Below are positions 10,163-25,422 of a stretch of DNA of 64,000 nt, piece by piece (position 1 is the stretch's first letter; each line of letters begins with the position of its first letter). The position numbers and the translations under genes were made by a program. Source of the stretch: Sarea resinae (taxonomy: Eukaryota); contig JAPEUD010000016.1 of the NCBI GenBank assembly GCA_026026165.1, positions 310,001 through 374,000 of the forward strand, given 5' to 3'. The notes beneath the pieces were generated by a model that saw nothing but the letters and a program-made list of their open reading frames with translations, made no database searches and was not told the DNA's origin.

Positions 10163-11640
10163 TGCTGCTATGGGTTTGCTGGTAATCTGAGTAAGATTGA
10201 TGGCTGCGTCGTTGCTTGTCTGGACGGGCTGTTGTTGCTCTGACGGCTGAGATGTTGTTATTGTGGGCTCATAATATCTCGATGTTGTGACGCCTCGAGT
10301 CTATGATGCTTGCCGTGCATGGGCTATGAGCATGGATCAAGAGCCTTCTGGGACGGGGACGGGGACGGACGGAGTACGAATACTTCTTGCGTCGGCGAAC
10401 TGGCAGGCGGATGACTGGTATTTCTACAACAGATGCTCTGAGGCATGCAGGACGGCTTACTCGTAGCTTTGCCCTGCTTCCATCCATGCTGCTTCTTGGC
10501 TTCTTGTCACTACTCCAACCCAGGTATCGACCTTCTAATAATAATGACAATGATAATGATACTCGAGTATGGTGTCCACTGTTTGTGCATCCCGTCAGGC
10601 GTACCGGCGTACCGAACATTCAGGCATTATGATTCAGCAGGACTGTCATTCCGTTCAGAGCCAATGCGGGTGACAGTACATAGTACTCAGAGTACGGAGT
10701 AGGTCGGTCCATCCATGGATGTTTTGGCGATCAGATCGGATCATTTTGACGTGGAACAGTATCGTCTACCTGGTCGACTTGGCCCTTGGCCGTCTACCCT
10801 AGCGGGCTACCTTACTCATAGGAGGTACCTGTACCTTGGGTAGGGCGTCCATCCGGTGGTATCCTCTCGGCCTGCCGTGTGTAGTTTCGGTACTTGAAGG
10901 TTTCGACGCTGTGCCGTGTCTGCAACTTTGCCCCTCTATCGAGGCGTGACCGAGGTCCCGGTCCGAGGGTGCCCCGGCCGTGCTGGGTACCTCTGGTCCA
11001 GATCATGCTACTTTCGATCGCACCCCATGGAAGCCGCGGGTTCGGGTCACTGCGGCCTGGATCCCATGTAGAGGTGGGGCTCCAAACCAGAAGACCGGAC
11101 AGAAGACACATCTTCCTCCTGGTGGTCGCGCGTGTTGGGGTGCGTCCTGGCTGCGTCCTGGGTGCGTCCTAGGTGCATTGTTTGGCCAACATGCCATGGA
11201 TCCCAGGGACCCCGTGGATGCATCCATCCTGGCCCGGACGGGGGCCATTGGGGGAGCCCGACAGAGCACCGCTGAAGGCAGAAAATCAGACGAGCAGCGC
11301 GAGTGGACGGCAAGTCAAAAAGGGTCGGTGACTATTCGGTTGCACTAAGTCGCGATACGGCGATACGGCGATACAGCTCAGGGCACGAACCGTCTCGGGG
11401 AGAAAAGATCAGGCGAGTTTGATGAAGATTTGGCCACTACCAGCCAACTACCAGCGACTACCAGCGACGACCAGCGAGCTACTTGGCCGTTGCCCCTCAA
11501 TCTGCTCCATCTCCGTTGCCCGGAAAAGCTTAACACGTCTGAACACGTCTGAACTCGGCCCCTCTGACCCCCATCTCGTGCGGTGTCCGTCCAACGAGGA
11601 GTCAGGGAATGGCTATGACTAGGTATGATGCCATGGGCTA

Positions 11641-11664
11641 CTGGCACTGGCACTGGCACTGGCA
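11641..11664. repeat. (CTGGCA)4 tandem repeat
   Basis: Read directly from the sequence. Confidence 0.9.
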
Positions 11665-12048
11665 TTTCCATGGTAAGGCCGCAGACACTGCTGCTTTCCA
11701 CCTTGCACCGTACGCCGTGAGGTAAGTCTCGTCTACTTGTGTTCCGATGGCCAAGGCCGAGGCGCACCAAGTCACTCTACCTATCGTACCTATACCCATC
11801 GCGATCCCGAGTAGAGCCTTTCCCCGGAACGCGCCAGAAGAGCTGAACTGACCTGATTTCCCTGGGCTACTTCTCACTACCTCTGGACCATGACCAAAGA
11901 GGTATATACTCTACCTCACTGACTCACGAGTCGGAGCTGCGAGTCTGTCTCCCCGTCTGCTCTCTTCCTGTTGCTGTCGAGTGCCCACGGCCAGACGAGA
12001 CAGGCGAGAAGGACTCCGCGCAATGCCAGTGATGCCATGCCCAATTCA

Positions 12049-12078
12049 ATGCCATTCAATGCCATTCAATGCCATTCA
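12049..12078. repeat. (ATGCCATTCA)3 tandem repeat
   Basis: Read directly from the sequence. Confidence 0.9.
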
Positions 12079-12324
12079 GTGCCACTCGTGAGCAGTAGAG
12101 TATACTCTGTAGTATCATTGTTCTTCCCATCTGGGCCATCTGGGCGACTGACTCCCTGTGGTATTGCATTATTGCACAAGGGAGCCTGGCCGACCACTGC
12201 CACTACCACTGCCGCCCTACCGTCATTGCCATCGCGCGTCCACGGTGTGTGCCTGTATCGGAGTATTACATCCCTCATACATACTGTAGTATGAGCTCGT
12301 GCTTGTACTTTGCTTGTATCCGTA

Positions 12325-12450
12325 GCCACCACCACTACCACCACCACCACCACCACCACACATCTACTCGTACTTCGTGCCCTACGGCGGTATTACTTTT
12401 TCCATACTTCTCCTTCCTCTCTCCTGGCTTTTTCCTTTCTTTTGCTTGCG

Positions 12451-12485
<35 letters not shown>

Positions 12486-12496
12486 TCCCTCTCTCT
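12325..12496. repeat. Microsatellite cluster: imperfect (CAC)n at about 12325-12358 and (CT)14 at 12453-12480 with an imperfect extension
   Basis: Read directly; pyrimidine-rich tract just upstream of the oxidoreductase gene. Confidence 0.9.
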
Positions 12497-12600
12497 GCTC
12501 GACTCTCTTTGCCTCCCCCCGCCCCCTCCCCCCCCCCACCCCGGTCCCATAGGATAATGTGCCGTTGCTGCTAGATACCTTCTCGTATCATTCGATCCCC

Positions 12601-14024
12601 ATGGCTGCCCATATGAATCCCGACGTGAACCTGCCCAAGTTCCAGGCATTGTCTCTGGAAGATCAGCCGAAGAGCCAGTCTTCTTCTCCCGGCCTGAACG
12701 GGACCAAATCTCCCAGTCCTGAGCCCACCATGTCGAATATCGTCATCCTCGGTGCCGGCATCATCGGTGTCTCGACCGCCTACTATCTGTCCGAATCCGG
12801 CCGCACCCCGCCCTCCTCGATTCACATCGTCGAGCCGTCACCAGAGCTTTTCGCCTCGGCCTCGGGCTACGCGGGCGGTTTCTTGGCCCGGGATTGGTTT
12901 GCCCCATCGACGGTCTCGCTGGGGAGGTTGTCCTTCGACCTTCACCAGAGTCTGGCCCACAAGCACAATGGACGACAGCGTTGGGGATTCAGCCCAAGCA
13001 CGGGATCCAGTTTGGCACACGAGGGGTGGGAAATCGGTGCCGCCAAGGGCGAGGACTGGCTGAAGGAAGGAAACAGTCGAGCGCAGGCCGCCGAGAAGAT
13101 GGACGTTGACGTCGACACTGAGGGTCCAACGTGGCTGACGAGACGAAATGGGGCACGCGTGGAGGTGATCAGCGAGGGCAACGTGACGGCGCAGTGGTGA
13201 GTGTACATCTATGCGCTGGACCAGAACTGTTCCTAACCTCCAACCCAAGTGATCCATTGAAGCTCTCGCAGTTCCTCTTGGATGAATGTCTCAAACGCGG
13301 AGTCCAGCTCCACCAGCCCGCCGAAGCCATCTCCGTGTCCAAGGACAGCCAAGGCGAGCTCTCCAGCGTCCGCATTGCCGACGCCTCCGCAAAGACGGAG
13401 ACCGACCTCCCCTGCCATCGTGTCATCATCACTGCCGGTGCCTGGACCCACAAGGCCTTTGCGAAGCTCTTCCCCACCGCCACCATCAAAATCCCCGTCT
13501 CACAGTTAGCTGGCTATTCCATCATTGTCAAGTCTCCGCGCTGGAAAGAGGAGGACGAGCAGAAAGGCTGCCACGCCGTCTTCGCCACGGCATCCCTCGG
13601 CTTCAGCCCGGAATTGCTATCCCGTCTCGGCGGCGAGATCTACGTCGCCGGCCTCAACTCCGCCACGATTCCTTTGCCCAACCTGCCCACCGAAACCGTC
13701 ATCGACCCTGAGATGATTGAACAACTTCGCACCACCTCGGCGCGCCTCCTCGCCATCCCAGGCGTGCCCAACGATCTCGAGATTCTCAAGGAGGGTCTCT
13801 GCTTCCGTCCCGTGACGCCGAATGGACGGCCACTTCTCACCCGAGTCCCCGATTCGCGATTGGGCGATATCTCGACGCGCGGTGGGGGTGAGGGCGGCGT
13901 GTTCGTGTGTGCAGGGCATGGCCCTTGGGGCATCAGCTTGAGTTTGGGGAGCGGGAAAGTGTTGGCTGAGATGGTAGAGGGGCTTCCGACCACGTCGGCT
14001 AATGTGCGAGCTTTGGCGCTGTGA
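12601..14024 (+). CDS. FAD-dependent oxidoreductase, DAO family (YHR009C/TDA3-like); intron 13197-13249; alternative start at 12730
   Basis: IVILGAGIIG dinucleotide motif, ASGYAGGFLARDW, CFRPVTPNGRP and CAGHGPWGISLSLGSG. A GTGAGT..CTAAC..AAG intron joins AQC|DP in frame. Confidence 0.88.
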
Positions 14025-15290
14025 TTATGGATCCTCGGTTTGGGATGATGTGGTGATGCGTTGTGTCCGTTGGGTATGTGGAGGCAGCATTTTCTCTCAC
14101 TGCTACGCATGGGATTCTGCTCTCGCCATCTCAGGGACCGACATTACCCTGTCTTGGCTATCTGGAGTACGGAAAGCTCGGCGGTCGGCCATCGGAGGCC
14201 CTTTCTCATCGCATACGACTGGGATCCAGAGTGCTGGAGAGGAGAGAGGCGTTTTCCCATCAGCCTTTTCCACTCTGGCTTCAATTCAGCCAGCCAGCGT
14301 CACAGTCTGTGCTGGCGCGCTTTCTTTCCCTCCACCATAGATCCGCCTCCTGCTTTCCTCGTTCTTCCACTTCCTTTCTCCGCTTAATTTTCTGTTTTCG
14401 TTTGGATGTGTTTTTTTCTTTCCTTTTTCGGCTTTGGGTGCGAAAGCGTGCCTTAGATTGGATGATCTGCTACGATTTACTTCTTTACTTTGATCGGACT
14501 CGGTCTGGGTTGAAATACAATGGGGTGGTTGGACCGAAGGAACATGATGGGATGGATGTCTGCGTCAGTGGTGAGCGGGTGGCTTCGTGTGATCCGAGCA
14601 GAAAGTGTGATCGCGGGCTTTGGGGATGAGTGGGGTGGGGGGCAGCTGTCCCATATATAGATGAGATGGATGAATAAAAGGACGGGCAGGAAAGGAATTC
14701 ACCAGGCCGGTTCCAGAGAACGTGGACGGAAGAAAGGAAGGGCCGGGTGGAGGCACTGGGGGGTGATCTGGGGCCGGGCCGAGCCAGAGAGGCGGAAAAT
14801 CATATAAGTCGTTCTGGCGACTCCCACCAGCGAGCGGTGTGGAGATGACGTTGTCTGTTCGTTTTGAGTTCTATGCGTGTAGGAGAGGGCAGAGCGACGA
14901 TAGATCTGAATGGATGTATCGTATCGTATCATATCATGTCATATCGTTGTCGTACAGTGCTGTCGTTGTGGTGGCGATGTACGAGACTGGAATCCTGACC
15001 CTCTAGAAAAGAAAGACAGGGCGAGAGACCCGCAGGTCGACGTGTCTGTGAGTCGTCAAGGGAAGAAGGTTCCTGTGTCATTTGGTTCGCGCTCTTCTCT
15101 TGCGTATGATCATGGCGGTCATGGTATCTGAATGATTTGGAGGGGTTGGAGACGGTGAGGAAGATGGGTGGGGGGCGGGGAAGACGGACATGGACACAGA
15201 CACTGACCGAGACATGGACCGAGACAGAAAAACACAGAGGTATGTTCATTTCTTCTTTTTCGGTGATGGTCCTCGACTAGAGCCCCTGCC

Positions 15291-15320
15291 TCTTCTTCTT
15301 CTTCTTCTTCTTCTTCTTCT
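15291..15320. repeat. (TCT)10 microsatellite
   Basis: Read directly from the sequence. Confidence 0.9.
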
Positions 15321-16064
15321 CAAATGGCAAACACCGCAGACTAAAGTCAAGTACGATAAAATAAAATAAATAGCCTATCATCGAACACACATGCTGTCCT
15401 ATCTGAGATATATCTATCTTGTCCGTCATAGCCGCCAGGGCCGCCAGAGTGAGGAGAGAGATGTGAAGACCAGGGGATAAGACCGGGGGATAAGAATCGG
15501 TAGGATAAGAAAGGGTGGAAAAAGGAGGGAGTAGATATGATCAACAGTGAGACAGACGGTTGAGAGATTGGGGTGTTGATGTTGATGTCGATGTCGATGT
15601 TTATGGATGGTAAGGGAGATCAAGGCATGTTGTTGATGATGCTGATGTTGTCTGTCTTGTCATTTAGGGTTGGAATCGGCCGTCTCCTTTTTCTTTCTTT
15701 TCGGGTTTCGGGTTGCTGGGTTTCTGGTTGCTGGTCTTCTGGATTGTTGTCTTTTTCGTTTGCTTTTTATGGTATCAAGTTGGTTTGGGAGTTTGTTTTA
15801 GTTTGTTCATGTTATGTTATGTTTTGTTGTCTTCTCTTTTTCTTGTCTTTGAGTGCTCGGGTGTGAGGTGCGCTGCCATATAGTAGGCAGATAGGCATAG
15901 GCCGGACGAGCCGGGTTATAGTCGTCTTTTTGGATGGCGCACGTGGGAACGGGTTTGCCTATTTACTGGTCCTTACATTAGTTTAGTTTTTTATGTTTTC
16001 TCTTGTCTTTTTGTGCTCAGGAGATAGGTTGGTATTAGAGTATAGAAGGGGTTTTGTTTTGAGT

Positions 16065-16088
16065 GGGGGGGGGGGGGGGGGGGGGGGG
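16065..16088 (+). repeat. G24 homopolymer
   Basis: Read directly from the sequence. Confidence 0.9.
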
Positions 16089-16434
16089 TTATTGCTTGTT
16101 AAGGATTGGATGTTTGAAGAAATCAGAGAAAGGAAAGAGGAGGGGAGAGAGAGAGAGAGAGAGGAGCATTCTTTATTTACAGACTTTTCTTCTTCCTTCT
16201 TCTCCTTTCCTTTCTACTTCTGACTATATATTTGACTTTTACGGCTTCTCTTCTCTATGGTGAGATTCTGCGAGGAATGTATCTCTCTGTACAGTTCTAG
16301 ATCAACAACGTTGTAGAGTCTCATCCCATTGCCACAGCGTCTGGATATTCCCTACTCTCTCGCCACTCTGTATAGCTCGAATTTCCCTTCTACCACACAT
16401 GTCGCCACCCACCCGTCCAGCCTGACATGCCCAC

Positions 16435-18142
16435 CTACTTCCTCACCACCTCCTCCGCAGCGGCAATGAGAACATCAAAAGCGCGCCGCACATAGGTCTC
16501 CTGCGCCAAGGGGTTCGCACTGACGACTCGAATGGCATAGACGCCGCCGACCATGGAGCTGGTCAGGAACAGCTCGCCGCCGCCATTGACGCGCTCGTAG
16601 ACTGCCTTGGTGACCTCGTTCGCGTCCATGCCGCCGCGCGAGCCGGCGTCGGGCGTGAAGTCGTTCGTGTACGCCTCGTGCGCCGGGTTGGGCTTGCCGG
16701 CCGCCGTCAGCACCGGCGATGTAGGCCGCGGCACCACCTGCAGCGTGGTGAGCGCGAAGTCGGGCCCCGTGAGCACGGCGAAGAGGTCGGGCCGCGACGC
16801 GACGAGCGAGTGGAACATCTCGCCCAGCTGGATGTGATGGCGGATGTGGGCCTGTAGGCCGCTGACGCCGTAGGTGCGGAGGACGAACCAGATCTTGAGG
16901 GCGCGGAAGCGGCGGCCGAGCGGAATCTGCCAGTCGCGGTAGTCGGTGACGAGGCCTGCGTCCGAGAGGGGGTTGCGGAGGTAGGAGGGCGTGATGGATA
17001 GGGCTGAGATCAGGTGGCGGCGGGCCTTGACAAAGAGGCAGCTGGCGTCGAAGTTGGTCAGGAGCCATTTGTGCATGTTCATGTCAAAGCTGTCGAAGGC
17101 GGAGAAGTACGCGGCGTGGTATTGGTATTCGGGACAGCAGAGGGCGGCGCCAGCGTAGGCGGCATCGACGTGCACCCAGACCTTCCCCCGCCACGAGTCC
17201 TTTGTGACGACCTCCTTGATCTCCTCGAACCGATCAACCGCGCATGTGGCTGTGGTGCCCATCGTCGTGGTCAGGTAAAAAGGGTGCAGACCCTCGCGCT
17301 TGCATTCTTCTAGCGCACTTTGTAATTCTTGCCCCGTAAGCGCGAATGCGTTCTCTCGCCGCACGGGGATGGAACGATATCGGACGCCGGCAATCATGGC
17401 GGCTTTCTGGGTACTGCTATGGCTCATCTCGCTGCCCAGGGCTACCAACTTCCCCCTCAGGTGTGCGGTCCTGTCTTCCAGCTCGTTCCCCTCCAGGCCC
17501 GCCGTTGCTTCTCGAAGATATCGATCTCGCGCGGCGACCATGACTGTGACGACGGCTTCCGAGGCGGACCCCTGGATGACGCCGCCGCCTTCGCCCGATG
17601 AGAGGTAGCAGGAAGGAAGATTGAGGATCTGGGCCAGCCAGTCCAGGACGATGGTTTCGAGTTCGGTGACGGCGGGTGAGCAGAGCCAGTTGAAGGCTGG
17701 GGCGGTGAAGGCGGCCGAGTAGAGCTCGCCAAGCATGGCAGGGTATGTGCTGGAGGCGGGGAAGAAAGCCATGAAATGAGGTGACTGCCTTGACGGTTGG
17801 CATTTGTAAGTATGTAATGCATCGATCAAGAGCGACGAGTAGAGGCATACCAGTGCGTCAGTCCGGGCATGATCTTCGCCTCGATGTCCGCCTGGATGGC
17901 ACTCCATGGCTCGCCGGTTTGCGGGGCACTCGACGGTAAGAGTTTCTGAAGATAGCCTGGCTCGACATCTGAAAGGACTCTTCGCTCGGGGAGGGTGTCA
18001 TAGTAGTTGATGACTGTTGTGGTCGGTCAATTGGGGTTGTCAAAGGGGGAAGAAAAGGGCAAGAGAGGGGTAGTGGGGTCGAAATATACATACTTTCGTC
18101 CACGGCAGCGTGGGCTGCTACTCGAAATTGGTCGGAGTTCAT
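16435..18142 (-). CDS. Aromatic L-amino-acid decarboxylase (group II PLP-dependent); 3 exons
   Basis: MNSDQFRVAAHAAVDE|IINYY...VEPGYL...IMPGLTHW|QSPHFMAFFP; HVDAAYAG; PLP lysine in NMHKW; PSYLRN loop tyrosine; DWQIPLGRRFRALK. Intron 2 is 17789-17850. Confidence 0.93.
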
Positions 18143-18535
18143 GTTGGAGAGAGGGAGAGATGGATATGGTTCTATCTGTGTCCAACAGAACAAGAAGCTG
18201 AATATCAATGATACTGGCGCGCGTCTATATACATGAAGTGAAGAGTCCGTAGGGCGTGTAATGTGGGATCCTTAGGGCGTAAGACGAAGGCCTGCTTGAC
18301 TATTCGCGGATGACGGAAAAGTTCCGCCATGAAAGATGCCTTAATATTGCTCACCGCCCGCTCGTAGCGTCGTCTATCGTTGGATCGCGTCTCCCAGCGC
18401 GCGCGCGTGCGAGTGTCACCTCTGAAGCTCACCAAATACAGCATCATTCTCACTTCCAAAGATTCTTCATCTCACGATTCTTCAGCCTCTGGCTGCCACA
18501 CTTTCAGCCACTCTCGATCTTCCGTCGTAGAAATC

Positions 18536-19776
18536 ATGTCCGAAGATGGCTACTCGCAGTACTCGGACGCCAACCGCGCATTCCTCCAAGCCTTCCTTGC
18601 GCGCTCCACCCTGACCTTCAAAGAAGCAAAACCCATCCTCGCCGCCATTTTCACCGCCCACGGTATCCACCCCCCCACCTCCTCCCTGATCTCCAATCTT
18701 CTTCTCTCAGAGAGACTGACATCTGAATGTGATGATGGACAACAGAGGACCGAGCAACGCTCACAGAAGACGTCACCGAATCCGACTTCAACTCGTTCGT
18801 CATCGCAGCCAACTCGGCCCTCTCCCCCTTCGACCTCGAAATCCGCTCCACCTTCCCCCAAGACACGTCGCCCTCGCGCGCCCGCATCTACGCCCTGGTA
18901 AATACCACTTCGGACCCGATCATGCAGCTCAGCACTACGCATAGCGCGGATGAGATCTCGTTCGTCAAGCGCCTGCTCGACGCCATGTTTGAGACGTACA
19001 ACACACCACGGCAGGAGATCATGGCCATCACGTCGATGCAGGCGGTACGGCTGCACAAGGCCCCTGCTGCGGGGGCGCAGGGGAGGGGGGAAACGCAGGG
19101 GGGGTCGACGACGCAGGGCAGTAGCGGGGCGGGCCTGACAATGAGCCAGGCGGAGAAGACAATCAAGAGTCTTGTAGAAGAGGGATGGCTGGAGAAGAGT
19201 CGGGCGGGGTTCTACTCTTTGAGTCCGCGGGCGCTGATGGAGTTGCGGGCCTGGTTATACGAGACGTATAACGACTTAGGAGGAGACGACGAGGACGACG
19301 ACGAAGAAGAGCCCAGAGTTGATAAGATCAAAGTGTGCTGGGCGTGCAAGGAGATCGTCACTGTGGTATGCCTACTAACTCACCTAGCTGGCTTTTGTTT
19401 TTCGAAGAGGTGTACACTTGCATTGGTATCGATGCTGACAGGAATCTTACAGGGCCAACGCTGCTCCAACCGCACCTGCCCTTGTCGCATCCACGATTTC
19501 TGCGCCACCAACTTCTTTCGCGCCCAGCGAAATGAGAAATGCCCGATCTGCAAAAAGGAGTGGAGCGGGAATGACTTCGTAGGCGAAAGGGCGGTGACGA
19601 CGACAGAAAAGTGGCTGCAAGGGAGGAGAAGGAGTGGCGGAGGTGGCGGCGCATCTACGGGGGAAAGAAGAAGTACTCAGAGTAGAGTCGAAGTCGAGGA
19701 GGAAGAAGAAGGGGAGGAAGCCGAGGAAGAAGACGAAGAAGGAGGAGCAGAAGAAGAGGAAGAAGAGGAAGAATAA
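18536..19776 (+). CDS. NSE1: Smc5/6 complex subunit Nse1 (winged helix plus RING-like domain, acidic tail); 3 exons
   Basis: YSDANRAFLQAFLAR...; YALVNTTSDPIMQLST; LVEEGWLEKSRAGFYSLSPRALMEL; CWACKEIV|GQRC..C.C.IHDFC...CPIC. Intron 2 is 19366-19452. Confidence 0.92.
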
Positions 19777-20852
19777 TGAATGGGTGCAACAGGCCTCTTC
19801 TTCTATGAACTATCATCACGGCGTTACCCTTCCAAGGAGCAGTGGAAGGCGGCGGGCGTTACAGGCGTTGCACTAGGACCTATCTATCCCATCTACCTTA
19901 ACGGCTTGGAAAGATATATCAATCACATATATACGTATCAGATAACCTAGACCACCTATGCTCTCACATTCCCCCTCGTCCTCTGACTCTTTACTTTTTC
20001 GCATCCACCCCTCATCTCCGTCGTCCAACCCCTTTCTTCTCTTTCTCTGCGCCCGTCTCCGATGCAGATCCTCAAAAAAATCCGATGATAATTTCGGTCG
20101 AGCTCAGAGGCTCAGCGGCTCAGCGAGACGCCAAAGAAGGGCAATCAACAATACACCACACCTAGAAGAGCAATCCCAAGTCACGACAGCGATGGCAATG
20201 GCGACAGCCATAGCATCAGCGAAACTTCTCACTTTTCACAGATCAGAGATAAGAGCAGAGACACAGAGGACCACAGCAATATATGTGAGAGCAGCCGATC
20301 GAGCAAATTCACATCAGCTCAACTCTATTCAGTCCAGCTCGATCCAGTTCAATTCACATTCCATATCAACTCCGCACAGTCACACCGTGTCACATCAATG
20401 CGCGAGAGGATGGTTACCTCATAAGAGTGACAGTTTCTCAAAACATCATTCATATCCGCATAGCGATGCATTGGCATGGCACCGTGGCCGGCCGGCCTGC
20501 TGGCTGGCTGGCTACAAAACAACCCTAGTGATCCATCGTGTCCATCCTTATCCCCATTCTCATCCGCCTCCAACCCTCACCATAATCCCTTTCTCTACCG
20601 CGCATAATCCGTACAAGCTATTTCGTAGATTTCAAGTCTCAAAGTACGTACGTACGCTGTGCCGAACAAAGTCGAAAAACAGAATGGAACGAGAAGGAAA
20701 TAAGGTCAAAGAGAGAAAAAGGAGTACTCGACAAGCAACGATCAAGAAGGAAACCGCTTTATTTGCTTTATTTGCTTGTCACCCACCCACCATACATCCA
20801 TGGACCGACCGATCATCAAGAATAAACAGCCTCTCAGAGACCATACACAGAA

Positions 20853-22888
<2,036 letters not shown>

Positions 22889-25422
22889 AATGTGATGGTG
22901 TTAAGCAGGTCGCAGAGCGGCCAACAGAGAGCGCAGATCTTTGCGACAGCGGAGAGCGTGGTGACGGAGATGTGAAACTGACCACTCAGCGCGCGTTGGT
23001 GAAGCCGGCACGTTGTACGACAACACAAGTGACGAGAGGGCCGGCGGCAAGCGGGAGACAGGGTTTTGTTGGGGTCAGGGTGAGAAAGTTATAGAGTGAC
23101 GATCCGACCGGCGGGCTTTGCATCCAGTCTATTGGAAATTGATTCTGACGTGTCTGTCTGAGGATCCAGAGTGGGAGCGGGAGCGGGATTTTGGGAGTGG
23201 AAGTGCGAGCAAAAGTGGGAGGGATGTCTGGCAGAGTCTCGATGGCGGACTCCAGTAGTCGTAGTAGAGCAGAGTGAGTGTGTGGAGCTGATTTCTGGGT
23301 TGTTGCTGTGGTAGGTGGGCATGGGCAGCAAGCTACTCCAGCGATGGTACTCTGTACATTGGCGATGTATGAAGTAGAGAGCTGATGATGACGAGTGGTG
23401 AGCGATAAAGGGTGGTGAGAAGACGAAGACGAAGATGAAGAGGAGGATGGAAATGAAGATGGAGACGGAGCAACTGACACGTCTACTACACAAGGGCGGA
23501 AGGCAAGAAGAAGATGAAGCTTCTCAATTGAGGTGAATGATAAGTAGCAGCTATGGTGATCATCGAAGGAGGGAGAACATAAGAATGATGAGAAGAGAAG
23601 CAGGTAAATAATTGATGGGAAAGAGAAGAGTACTTCGAGTACCATGTCCAGTCGTGAAGCAGAAGTAGCAGGTACCAGTCGAGTCGAGTGTTGATCCAGA
23701 CCGGAGAGCTCTCCCACACTCCAATGGTACCCGTGGAACGTGCGAAGAGAACGAACCGGATACCTCTCTGGCGGTGTCTGACTGTGTACTGCTGGTCTGC
23801 TGGTGCACGGGCGAGGTATCGACTACGACCCGTCAAGTCGCTCTCGTCAGGCTCGAGTGCATCGCAGACGGAAAGGGTACTTTGCATCAAGTATAGAGGG
23901 GCTTTTTGGTGATGGCTTGCCTGTGATCAGGTAATCAAACCAGGGCGATTCGAAACGTCAAGTACCTGAGGTACCTCTGCTCCCACGCAGTAGCAGTACC
24001 GCGTCCAGTGCTCGAGTACCCATCGAGTATGGGCAACAATGCCATTGATGGCAAACTCATGGTCACCAGCTACGAAAGTACCTGAGGTAGGGAGTGGGAG
24101 TACTCGACCTTGGCGACGGAAGGGGTCTCCTCCTCAACAGGGGCCGCCCGACGAAGGAGTGCGCATATCTTCATCTTGGAGCCCAGAAGGAAAGGCAACG
24201 GCTTCCAGAGAACGAGACGGCCTGGATGAGAGAACACACGCAAAGAGAATCCGATGCCAAACGAAGCAGAGACACAACGATGACGCCAAAGATGTCGAGT
24301 GCCCTACTACCTATGTAATACTACCTACTCTAGAGACTAAGAGTACTCTACTCATAGGGTAGTCGGCAGGCGAAGCCCCCTGTTCGCCTATCGAAGATCA
24401 TCAACAGAACCTCCCTAGTCCGCCGTAACCGTCGCGGCGTCGCCCAGAATCCATCAATCAATCCCCATCACCTGGCCGACCAGCTAAATCGACTGGTGTG
24501 GAGCACCTGTAAGTTACCTCGTGGAGTAACCACGACAGGTAAAACCCCCTTGCCCCTTCCCTCTTTCCCTCTTCTTCCCTCCCGTAAAGGTAGTTCCATG
24601 CCCCCCCGCCCCCCCTCGCCCCCCCCTCCCCTGGCCAACTCACTCACTACCCAAGGTACTTTGTACCCACCTAGTGACTTGCATCATATCATTATCCATC
24701 GTCATCGTGGGGGAGGGGCAGTGCGACATGTGCTGGACTGCTACTATGTTTGGAGTAGTCGTGGTAAAACGCACGGGAACAGAAATCCAAAACAAAAGTG
24801 ATAATTGACAGAGACGCGACTGCGCAATGGAATGGAATTGCATACGTCAACTGGAAGGAGCCGGGATGGAGATTAATTGTCTTGTCTCCTCCGCTTTCCC
24901 AGCGACTTCCATTCCTTCGAGTAAGGAAGGTAAGTGAAGTCTCGGTTATTGAAGCGTGACTCTCGTTCGCGAATCGCCAAATGGTTGCAGCCAGCAGCTT
25001 CGTCTCCGACACGGCCACCGACACACTTCCAACAGCTGTCCGTGGGCTGATTTGGGAGGCATTTAGTGATTAGTCAGTCGCCCGCCACTCGTGATGGCAG
25101 TGCACCCGGACACAAGGTTGGCTGATCGCAAGCCATGCGAGGCGTCATTACGGACGGGCTATCTTCTCGCGTTTGCTTCATCTTGGCGCGATCATATTGC
25201 TGGGAGTACCGCCTGTTTGTGAAATGTTGGCTTTACTGTGTATGCGAAATTGCTACTGGTCTACCCATGAGATTATTGCTATGAATATAAGTCTCGCTCG
25301 ACTACAAGTACAAATCTAATTACAAGGGACGAATGCTGGCGCTCAGCGTCCAGACTGTCTGTTTGAAGAACCTCGACTCCATGATGGGCTAAGCATCATG
25401 AGTATGCCATGCCATCAAACAT

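Noticed and set aside
15664..15671. TTAGGGTT (AACCCTAA on the minus strand), considered as a telomerase RNA template; another AACCCTAA lies at 62167
   Set aside because: An 8-nt match is expected by chance in 64 kb, and I could not identify a pseudoknot or CR4/5 domain.
22986..23717. 243-aa minus-strand ORF upstream of SRPK
   Set aside because: Translation of a CT-rich leader/promoter with simple repeats; non-ATG start.
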